Below, one piece after another: positions 54,767-64,000 of a stretch of 64,000 nucleotides of DNA. The stretch is taken from NCBI GenBank assembly GCA_018262975.1, contig JADFDG010000001.1, forward strand, positions 163,372 to 227,371, read 5' to 3'. Every line of letters starts with the position of its first letter. Positions within the stretch are counted from its first letter, which is position 1. The DNA is from Gammaproteobacteria bacterium. Its GTDB lineage: Bacteria; Pseudomonadota; Gammaproteobacteria; Pseudomonadales; JADFDG01. A program made the translations under genes and the position numbers. The notes under the pieces were generated by a model that saw only the letters and a program-made list of their open reading frames with translations, was not told the origin of the DNA and searched no databases.

Positions 54767-56482
54767 TCAGTGATCGACCGCCGCCCCGGCACCACGCGGC
54801 ACGCGGATGTGCTCGACCAGGTCCTGCACGTGCTGCGGCGGCGGCGCGGTGAGGTGGCTGACCACCATCGCCACGGCGAAGTTCAGCAGCATGCCGACCA
54901 CGCCGATGCCTTCCGGCGAGATGCCGAGGAACCAGTTGGCCTTCACGTTCTCCGCCATCGGCGCCATGAACACGCCCTTGAAGTAGAGGATGTAGGCGAT
55001 GGTGAAGGTGAGGCCCACCACCATGCCGGAGATCGCCCCCCAGTTGTTCATGCGCTTGTAGAAGATACCCAGCACGATGCACGGGAAGAACGATGCCGCA
55101 GCGAGGCCGAAGGCAAAGGCCACCACCTCCGCCACGAAGCCCGGCGGATAGATGCCGAGGATGCCGGCCACCACCACCGCCACCGCCGCGGCGATGCGCG
55201 CCGCCACCAGTTCCTGCTTGTCGGTGATGTGGGGCATCACCATCTTCTTGAGCAGGTCGTGGGAGATGGCCGCGGAGATCACCAGCAGCAGGCCGGCCGC
55301 GGTGGACAACGCCGCCGCCAGCGCACCGGCAGCCACCAGCGCGATCACCCACGGCGGCAGGTTGGCGATTTCCGGGTTGGCCATCACGATGATGTCCTTG
55401 TCGATCTTCATCTCGTTGCGCTCGTCACCGGCGTAGAACATGCGGCCATCGCCGTTCTTGTCTTCCCACGAGATCAGGCCGGTCTTCTCCCAGTTGGTGA
55501 TCCAGGACGGCGCCTCGGTGTACAGCGTGCCCTGCTGGTCCTTGCCGTTGATGGTGTCGATCATGTTCAGGCGGGCGAACCCGGCGATGGCCGGCGCCGT
55601 GGTGTACACCAGCATGATGAACAGCAACGCCCAGCCGGCCGAGCGGCGGGCATCGCGCACCTTCGGCACGGTGAAGAAACGCACGATCACGTGCGGCAGG
55701 CCGGCGGTACCCACCATCAGTGCCAGTGCAATGCAGAACACGTCGATCATGTCCTTGGTGCCGCTGGTATAGGCGGCAAAGCCCAGTTCCGTGCTCAGCC
55801 CGTCGAGTTTCTGCAGCAGGTGCTGCCCGGAACCATCAGTGAGTTCGGCACCGAAGCCGAACTGCGGGATCACGTGGCCGGTCATCATGATCGACAGGAA
55901 GAACGCCGGCACCATGTAGGCGAACAGCAGTACGCAGTACTGGGCCACCTGGGTATAGGTGATGCCTTTCATGCCGCCAACCACCGCGTAGAAGAACACC
56001 AGCGCCATGCCGATGATCACGCCGGTGGTCACGTCCACCTCGAGGAAGCGCGCGAACACGATCCCGACACCGCGCATCTGTCCGGCCACGTAGGTGAACG
56101 ACACGAAGATGGCACAGATCACCGCCACCAGCCGCGCCAGGTCCGAGTAGTAGCGGTCGCCGACGAAATCGGGCACGGTGAATTTGCCGAACTTGCGCAG
56201 GTACGGCGCCAGCAGCAAGGCCAGCAGCACGTAGCCGCCGGTCCAGCCGAGCAGGTACACCGAGCCGTCATAGCCCATGAAGGAAATGAGGCCGGCCATG
56301 GAAATGAACGACGCGGCGCTCATCCAGTCGGCGGCGGTGGCCATGCCGTTGGTGACCGGGTGCACGCCGCCACCGGCGACGTAGAATTCCTTGGTGGATC
56401 CGACACGGGCCCACCAGGCAATGCCGATGTAGAGGGCGAACGACAGGCCGACGATGAGGTAGGTCCAGGCTTGGATGGACAT
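54767..56482 (-). CDS. actP: Cation/acetate symporter (SSS family)
   Basis: 571 aa with ActP-like N-terminus EFYVAGGGVHPVTNGMATAADWMSAASFISMAG and about 14 TM segments. Confidence 0.9.
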   Translation of the reverse strand: MSIQAWTYLIVGLSFALYIGIAWWARVGSTKEFYVAGGGVHPVTNGMATAADWMSAASFISMAGLISFMGYDGSVYLLGWTGGYVLLALLLAPYLRKFGKFTVPDFVGDRYYSDLARLVAVICAIFVSFTYVAGQMRGVGIVFARFLEVDVTTGVIIGMALVFFYAVVGGMKGITYTQVAQYCVLLFAYMVPAFFLSIMMTGHVIPQFGFGAELTDGSGQHLLQKLDGLSTELGFAAYTSGTKDMIDVFCIALALMVGTAGLPHVIVRFFTVPKVRDARRSAGWALLFIMLVYTTAPAIAGFARLNMIDTINGKDQQGTLYTEAPSWITNWEKTGLISWEDKNGDGRMFYAGDERNEMKIDKDIIVMANPEIANLPPWVIALVAAGALAAALSTAAGLLLVISAAISHDLLKKMVMPHITDKQELVAARIAAAVAVVVAGILGIYPPGFVAEVVAFAFGLAAASFFPCIVLGIFYKRMNNWGAISGMVVGLTFTIAYILYFKGVFMAPMAENVKANWFLGISPEGIGVVGMLLNFAVAMVVSHLTAPPPQHVQDLVEHIRVPRGAGAAVDH

Positions 56483-56493
56483 GATGCGCGCCC

Positions 56494-56760
56494 TCAGTCC
56501 TCGTGGACGTCATGTTCCCGGTCGAGCCGGTTCATGCGCCACGTGTAGTAGAAGATCAGCAGGGTGAAGACGAAGATCGATCCCTGCTGCGCGAACCAGA
56601 ACCCCAGCTTGAAGCCGAAGAACTGGATGTGGTTGAGCGGGCCGGCAAACAGGATGCTGGCGCCGAAGCCGAAAATGGCCCAGATCGCCAGGCAGATGAA
56701 CAGCACGCGCAGGTTCGCGCGCCAGTAGGCCTGCCCGGACGAGTCGTCGCGTTGGCTCAT
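56494..56760 (-). CDS. yjcH: DUF485 inner-membrane protein (YjcH-like)
   Basis: 88 aa with two TM segments, immediately upstream of actP as in the E. coli acs-yjcH-actP operon. ATG at 56760. Confidence 0.82.
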   Translation of the reverse strand: MSQRDDSSGQAYWRANLRVLFICLAIWAIFGFGASILFAGPLNHIQFFGFKLGFWFAQQGSIFVFTLLIFYYTWRMNRLDREHDVHED

Positions 56761-56837
56761 GGTGGTCTCCCTCGGGCGCAGCCGCGCCTTCTTGTTTTGG
56801 CGATCCCACGCTAGCGCAGGGCGGCATGGCCCCGCCC

Positions 56838-56853
56838 TTAGACCTTGGTCGAA
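56838..56853. promoter_or_regulatory. Inverted repeat TTAGACC-TT-GGTCGAA in the yjcH-actP / crbS divergent promoter region (candidate CrbR operator)
   Basis: Near-palindrome. Its reverse complement, CTTCGACCAAGGTCTAAG, matches two sites upstream of acs (63151-63166 and 63182-63198). Confidence 0.45.
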
Positions 56854-56929
56854 GCCACGGCCGGCGGCCGCCGATGGACGGCCGCGCGACGCTGTTCCAT
56901 AGTCGGGATGTCGCCCACCGGGAGCCTCC

Positions 56930-59900
56930 ATGCCAGCCTGGCTGCTGCCACTGACCGCACTGGTCTACATCGCGCTGCTGTTCGCGCTTGCCTTCTGGGG
57001 CGATCGCCAGGTGGGGCGCTTCAGCCAGCGCCAGCGCATGGTGCTGTTCAGCCTGACCATCGCCGTCTACTGCACGTCGTGGACTTTCTACGGTGCGGTG
57101 GGCGCGGCGGTGCAGGACGGCTGGTCGTTCCTGCCCATCTATCTCGGGCCGCTGCTGCTGTTGCTGTTCGGTCACCGCCTGTGGGAGCGACTGGTGCTGG
57201 CCAGCCGCACGCAGGGCATCACCTCCATCGCCGACTTCATCGCCGCTCGCTACGGCAAGGCCCCGCATCTCGCCGCACTGGTGGCGTTGTTCGCGGTCAT
57301 CGGCGTATTGCCATACATCGCCCTGCAACTGAAGGCCGTCTCCCTGAGTGCGCAGGTGATGGCCGACCACGGCATGGCCATGGAGTTGCTGCCCGGTGAC
57401 ACGGCACTGTGGACGGCGCTGCTGCTGGCCCTGCTGGCGATCCTGTTCGGCACCCGCCGGCTCGACGCCAGCGAACACCACCTCGGGCTGATGCTGGCCA
57501 TCGGCCTCGAATCGCTGGTGAAACTGGTGGCGCTGGTGGCCGTGGCACTGTTCGCGCTCGACGCACTTCCGCTGGACACGCTCTGGCAGGACGAACGCGT
57601 GCGCCACCTGGCGGCACCGGGCGACCTGCCACCGGGCTTCCTCGCGCAGACCCTGCTGGCCTTCGCCGCGTTGTTCTGCCTGCCTCGCCAGTTCCACGTC
57701 GGCGTGGTCGAATGCGACGACGTGCGCCACGTGCAGGGCGCCCGCTGGCTGTTCGGTGGCTACCTGGTGCTGGTCACCCTCGCCGTTCTGCCGATTGCCG
57801 CCGTTGCGCTCACCGATCCGCGGCTGGCGGGCCTCAACCCGGATATCGCCGTACTGGCCCTGCCACTGGCGGCCGGCCAGGATGGCCTGGCGCTGCTGGC
57901 CTTCCTCGGCGGCTTCTCCGCCGCCACCGGCATGGTGATCGTGGCGACCGTGGCGCTGTCGACCATGGTCAGCAACGACCTGCTCGTTCCCGCCCTGCTG
58001 CGCCTGCAAAGGTTGCGCCTCGGCGAGCGACGGCAGATGAAAGGGATGCTGCTGGCCGCCCGGCGGCTGTCGATCATCGCCATCGTGCTGCTCGGCTATG
58101 GCGGTTACCGGTTGATCGACCAGTACCAGCAACTGGCCAGCATCGGCCTGCTGGCCTTCGCCGCAGTAGCCCAGTTCGCGCCGGCCATCATCGGCGGCCT
58201 GTACTGGCGCGGCGGCAGCCGCGTTGGCGCCACCGCCGGGCTGTGCGCCGGTTTTGCGTTGTGGGTCTACACGCTGCTGCTGCCGGCGCTGCTGCGCAGC
58301 GGCGGCGCCGGCCCCGAGTGGTTGCTGGCCGGCCCGTTCGGCATCGACTGGCTGCGTCCGGAGTCGCTGTTCAAGCTCGCCGGCTGGGATGCGCTGACAC
58401 ACGGAGTGTTCTGGTCGTTGCTGGCCAATACCAGCCTCTACGTGCTGCTGTCGCTGCGCTTCCGGCCTACGCTCGGCGAGCAGATCCAGGCCACGCCTTT
58501 CCTCGACCCGTGGGCAACGCAGGACACCCCGGTGACACCGGCGGAATGGGCGCGACTGCCGGTCAGCGACCTGCTGGCACTGGCCGGGCGCATCGTCGGT
58601 GACGGCCCGGCTACGCAGGCATTTACCGTGTTCGCGCAGCAGCGCGGGGAAGCGCTCGATACCCGTCGCGTCGCGGATGCCTCCTGGTGGCAACTCACCG
58701 AGCGCCTGCTCGCCGGCGCCATCGGCGCCCAGTCGGCACGCGCGATGATCACCACCACGCTGCGCGGCAGCGGCATGGAAATCGGCCAGGTCATGGCCTT
58801 GCTCGACCAGACCTCGCAGCGCCAGCGCTTCAACCGCGACCTGCTGGCGACCATGATGGAAAACATCACCCAGGGCATCAGCGTGGTGGATGCCGACCTG
58901 TGCCTGGTCGCCTGGAACCGCCGTTACCTGGAACTGTTCGACTACCCGCCGGGCATGGTCTACGTCGGCTGCCCGGTCAGCGATCTCATCCGCTACAACG
59001 CCCTGCGCGGAGAGTGCGGCCCCGGCGACGTGGACGCGCACGTACGCAAGCGCATCGACCACATGCGTGCCGGCAGCGCGCACGTGTTCGAGCGCGTGCG
59101 CAGCGACGGCCGCGTGATCGAGATGCGCGGCCAGCCGGTCCCCGGCGGCGGTTTCGTCACCACCTTCAGCGACGTCACCCATTTCAAGCGCACCGAACAG
59201 GAACTGGCGGAAGCCAAGGGCGTGCTCGAGCAGCGCGTCGAACAACGCACCACCGAGTTGCGCGCGGCGCTGGCAGCGCAGGAAGAAGCGCGCCGGCACG
59301 CGGTGGAGGCCAACCTGTCGAAGACGCGCTTCATCGCGGCCGCCAGCCACGACCTGCTGCAGCCGTTGAATGCCGCCCGGTTGTTCGTTGCCGCGCTCGA
59401 ACAGCAGCACCCCGACGACAGCACCGGCGAACTGGTGCAACGCCTGGACGGCTCGCTGCGCGGCGCGGAGGAGCTGCTGTCGGCGCTGCTGGAAATCTCC
59501 CGGCTGGACGCCGGCGCGCTCACCCCGACGGTGACCGCGGTACCGCTGGGCGAACTGTTCGACAGCCTGCGCACGCAGTACGCCCCGCTGGCCGAGCAGC
59601 GCGGCCTGGCCTTGCACGTGGTAGCCACCAGCGCCTGGGTCTCCAGCGACCGCCAGTGGCTGCGCCGCATCCTGCAGAACCTGCTGAGCAACGCCCTGCG
59701 CTACACCCGTGAAGGACGCATCACCCTGGGCGTGCGACGCCGTGGCGACCGCGTGCGCATCGAGGTTCGCGATACCGGCCCGGGCATTCCGCCGGGCCGG
59801 CAGTCGCAGATCTTCGAGGAATTCCACCGCGGCGGCGAGGCATCGCCCTGGGGCGAGAAAGGCATGGGCCTTGGCCTCGCCATCGTCGATCGCATGGCGC

Positions 59901-60391
59901 GCCTGCTCGGGCATGCGGTGGACGTGTCCTCGGCCCCTGGCCACGGGGCAGTGTTCTCGCTGACGGTGCCGCGTGCCGGCGCGCAACCGCAACCGACGGC
60001 ACAGAGCCGCGCGGATACGCGCAGCGAGTCACTCAGCGGACTGGCCGTACTGTGCGTGGACAACGAGCCGGACATCCTGGCCGGCATGCAGGCGCTGCTC
60101 TCCCGCTGGGGCTGCCACGTCATTGTCGCCGGCAATGCAGCAGAGGCTGAAACGCAAGCACGCACGCACGCCGTGGACGTGCTGCTGGCGGACTACCACC
60201 TGGGTGGCGAGGAAAATGGCCTGGCCTTGCTGCAGCGACTGGCCGGCGAACGCCCCGCGGCGCTGGTCACCGCCGACCAGTCTGACACCCTGGCCGCCAG
60301 CGTGCGCGAGGCAGGCTTCGTGCTGCTGCGCAAACCGGTTAAACCGGCGGCGCTGCGCGCATTCCTGTCGGCCCAGCGCCGCACGCACTGA
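56930..60391 (+). CDS. crbS: CrbS/CbrA-like hybrid sensor kinase with N-terminal sodium:solute-symporter domain
   Basis: About 500 aa of SSS-type TM domain, a PAS domain (ITQGISVVDADLCLVAWNRRYLELF), the HisKA H-box ASHDLLQPLN, a HATPase_c domain (GLGLAIV), and a C-terminal receiver (DVLLADYHL). Confidence 0.85.
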   Translation: MPAWLLPLTALVYIALLFALAFWGDRQVGRFSQRQRMVLFSLTIAVYCTSWTFYGAVGAAVQDGWSFLPIYLGPLLLLLFGHRLWERLVLASRTQGITSIADFIAARYGKAPHLAALVALFAVIGVLPYIALQLKAVSLSAQVMADHGMAMELLPGDTALWTALLLALLAILFGTRRLDASEHHLGLMLAIGLESLVKLVALVAVALFALDALPLDTLWQDERVRHLAAPGDLPPGFLAQTLLAFAALFCLPRQFHVGVVECDDVRHVQGARWLFGGYLVLVTLAVLPIAAVALTDPRLAGLNPDIAVLALPLAAGQDGLALLAFLGGFSAATGMVIVATVALSTMVSNDLLVPALLRLQRLRLGERRQMKGMLLAARRLSIIAIVLLGYGGYRLIDQYQQLASIGLLAFAAVAQFAPAIIGGLYWRGGSRVGATAGLCAGFALWVYTLLLPALLRSGGAGPEWLLAGPFGIDWLRPESLFKLAGWDALTHGVFWSLLANTSLYVLLSLRFRPTLGEQIQATPFLDPWATQDTPVTPAEWARLPVSDLLALAGRIVGDGPATQAFTVFAQQRGEALDTRRVADASWWQLTERLLAGAIGAQSARAMITTTLRGSGMEIGQVMALLDQTSQRQRFNRDLLATMMENITQGISVVDADLCLVAWNRRYLELFDYPPGMVYVGCPVSDLIRYNALRGECGPGDVDAHVRKRIDHMRAGSAHVFERVRSDGRVIEMRGQPVPGGGFVTTFSDVTHFKRTEQELAEAKGVLEQRVEQRTTELRAALAAQEEARRHAVEANLSKTRFIAAASHDLLQPLNAARLFVAALEQQHPDDSTGELVQRLDGSLRGAEELLSALLEISRLDAGALTPTVTAVPLGELFDSLRTQYAPLAEQRGLALHVVATSAWVSSDRQWLRRILQNLLSNALRYTREGRITLGVRRRGDRVRIEVRDTGPGIPPGRQSQIFEEFHRGGEASPWGEKGMGLGLAIVDRMARLLGHAVDVSSAPGHGAVFSLTVPRAGAQPQPTAQSRADTRSESLSGLAVLCVDNEPDILAGMQALLSRWGCHVIVAGNAAEAETQARTHAVDVLLADYHLGGEENGLALLQRLAGERPAALVTADQSDTLAASVREAGFVLLRKPVKPAALRAFLSAQRRTH

Positions 60392-60412
60392 ACACCCGAC
60401 CCGGACGACGGC

Positions 60413-61087
60413 TCAGTCCTCTTCCACCACCGGCAGGCGGGTCGACGGATCGAGTTGCAGGCGCGAGGCCGCCACCACCGCCTGCGTCCGGTTGCTGGCA
60501 CCGAGTTTCTTCAGGATCGCCGTCATGTGCGCCTTCACCGTGGCCTCCGACACGCCGAGCTCCCAGGCAATCTGCTTGTTGAGCAGGCCGTCGGCCAGCA
60601 TCATCAGGACACGGAACTGCTGCGGCGTGAGATCGCGCAAGCGACGCGCGATGTCCGCCTCGTCGGCCGGCAGCCGGTGGCCGGCCGCGCGCGCGTCGGG
60701 TGGCATCCAGGTATCGCCGTCCAGCACCACCTGGATCGCCTCGCCCATCTGCGCAGTGGGCAGCGATTTGGGAATGTAGGCGCTGGCGCCGTGCGCCATC
60801 GCGCGCCGCATCACCTCGGCTTCCTCGTTGCCGGACACCACGATCACTGGTACCTGCGGGTAATGCGCCCGCACGAACACCAGCCCGGAAAAGCCGCTGG
60901 CCCCGGGCATGTGCAGGTCGAGCAGCAACAGGTCTATGTCGCTGTCGCGCTCCAGCGCTGACTGCAGCGCGGCAATGCTGTCCACCTCGGCGATGCGCGC
61001 CGATGGCAACAACGTCGCCGCGGCGCGGTGCAGCGCGTCGCGGAACAGCGGGTGATCATCGGCGATCAGCAGCTTGAGCATCTTCAT
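60413..61087 (-). CDS. crbR: LuxR/NarL-family response regulator (CrbR-like)
   Basis: REC domain (LLIADDHPLF...DLLLLDLHMPG) plus a LuxR HTH (LTPQQFRVLMMLADGLLNKQIAWELGVSEATVKAH). Confidence 0.82.
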   Translation of the reverse strand: MKMLKLLIADDHPLFRDALHRAAATLLPSARIAEVDSIAALQSALERDSDIDLLLLDLHMPGASGFSGLVFVRAHYPQVPVIVVSGNEEAEVMRRAMAHGASAYIPKSLPTAQMGEAIQVVLDGDTWMPPDARAAGHRLPADEADIARRLRDLTPQQFRVLMMLADGLLNKQIAWELGVSEATVKAHMTAILKKLGASNRTQAVVAASRLQLDPSTRLPVVEED

Positions 61088-61144
61088 GCCCCCACTGTAG
61101 CAGCCGGCGGGCAGGCGGCTGGAGTGCAGCCCGCCTGCCGTTCG

Positions 61145-63094
<1,950 letters not shown>

Positions 63095-63150
63095 GGGCTG
63101 TCCTCCTCGGGAATGGCCCCGAGTATCGGCAGCACCGCCGGCAGGCGGTA

Positions 63151-63198
63151 TTAGCCAAAGGTCTAAACACCTGCCGCCGCCTTCGACCAAAGGCCAAT
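63151..63198. promoter_or_regulatory. Two related imperfect inverted repeats upstream of acs / porin (candidate CrbR operators)
   Basis: TTAGCC-AAA-GGTCTAA (63151-63166) and TTCGACC-AAA-GGCCAAT (63182-63198). They lie 57-104 nt upstream of the acs ATG. Confidence 0.45.
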
Positions 63199-63273
63199 GG
63201 CCAGCACCTGCGGTCCGTCCTATACCGGTAGCCATCCGCGCAGGCCGCGCGGCCAACCGCCAGGAGCGCCACC

Positions 63274-64000
63274 ATGCCGATCCGCCAAACGACCCGCCTC
63301 GCCCTGCCGGCAGCCCTGCTGGCCCTAGCCGGCGCCGCGCAGGCCGCCGACACCACGTTCACCTTCAAGGGCTACGTGAAAGCCGATGCCCTGTTCAGCC
63401 GCTTTTCCGCCGGCGAAGTCGCCAGCACCAACGGCCTGCGGGATTTCTGGTCGCCCTCGGCCCTGCCGGTGGGCAACGGCTCGTCCAGCTCGGTGTTCGA
63501 TGCCCACGCCAAGCAGACGCGCTTCATCTTCAACACCAGCACCCCCGCCGGCGAGCAGGCGGTGAAAACGCACATCGAACTGGATTTCATGAGCGCCATC
63601 GACGGCAACGAGCGTGCCACCAACGGCTACGAGCCGGAATTGCGCCAGGCGTTCATCCAGTACGACCGCTGGCTGGTCGGCCAGGCCTGGAGCACGTTCC
63701 AGGACGTGGCGGCGCTGCCCGACAGCCTGGACTTCGTCGGTCCCAGCGAAGGCACGGTGTTCGTGCGCCAGCCGCAGGTGCGCTACAGCACGCCCGGCGG
63801 ATTGTCGCTGGCGCTGGAAAACAGCGAAACCACCGTCACCGCTTTCAACAACGCCTCCAGCACCGTTTCCGGCGACGGCCGGCTGCCGGACTTCGCTGCC
63901 CGCCAGGTCTGGAAGCACGCCAAGGGCCACCTTTCGCTCGGCGCCCTGCTGCGCGAAGTGCGCACTGTCAACAACGCCGGGCGCGACCGCAACGAACTGG
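63274..64000 (+). CDS. DcaP-like outer-membrane porin, 5' partial (runs off the window end)
   Basis: It is absent from the ORF track because no stop falls inside the window. ATG at 63274 follows CAGGAG. My own translation gives [24 protein letters not shown]|[18 protein letters not shown]...ELDFMSA...[20 protein letters not shown]. That is a signal peptide followed by a beta-barrel porin pattern. Confidence 0.7.
   Translation, partial: MPIRQTTRLALPAALLALAGAAQAADTTFTFKGYVKADALFSRFSAGEVASTNGLRDFWSPSALPVGNGSSSSVFDAHAKQTRFIFNTSTPAGEQAVKTHIELDFMSAIDGNERATNGYEPELRQAFIQYDRWLVGQAWSTFQDVAALPDSLDFVGPSEGTVFVRQPQVRYSTPGGLSLALENSETTVTAFNNASSTVSGDGRLPDFAARQVWKHAKGHLSLGALLREVRTVNNAGRDRNEL

Overview
This is a GC-rich gammaproteobacterial chromosomal window. 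Gene content and order look Xanthomonadales/Lysobacterales-like, but that is an inference, not a database hit. It is densely coded, and I saw no rRNA, CRISPR array, IS element or prophage. Most of the window is conserved core genome. The core includes a long minus-strand block, gyrA-serC-pheA-hisC-(tyrA/aroA fusion)-cmk-rpsA-ihfB-lapA-lapB-pyrF. It also includes mtaD-ubiG-HAD-yciK, rluB-scpB-scpA-trpS, a tRNA-Glu/tRNA-Gly pair, msrB, alaA, htpX, pdxB, xni and epmC. Three accessory or less ordinary modules stand out. (1) At 2.2-5.7 kb, an AlkB-family membrane hydroxylase is paired with a XylA-type [2Fe-2S]-FNR reductase and a divergent AraC regulator. (2) At 39.7-49.9 kb, a ten-gene cluster encodes one MotA/TolQ/ExbB channel, two ExbD/TolR proteins, two proteins with a TonB-C-like (AgmX/PglI-like) domain, three exported TPR proteins and two small secreted proteins. 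It resembles the Agl/Glt 'core' motor-scaffold module rather than a canonical iron-uptake TonB locus. No function is known for this module outside myxobacteria, and it is my top candidate for an undescribed system. (3) At 52-64 kb lies an acetate-switch locus. It holds a cNMP/CBS/DUF294 nucleotidyltransferase plus a DEDDh exonuclease, yjcH-actP, a CrbS-like SSS-domain hybrid kinase, a CrbR-like LuxR regulator, acs, and a DcaP-like porin cut by the window end. A related inverted-repeat motif occurs in both acetate promoter regions. The ORF track contains many long antisense or out-of-frame ORFs typical of high-GC DNA, which I rejected. Several real genes start downstream of the track's 5' ends.
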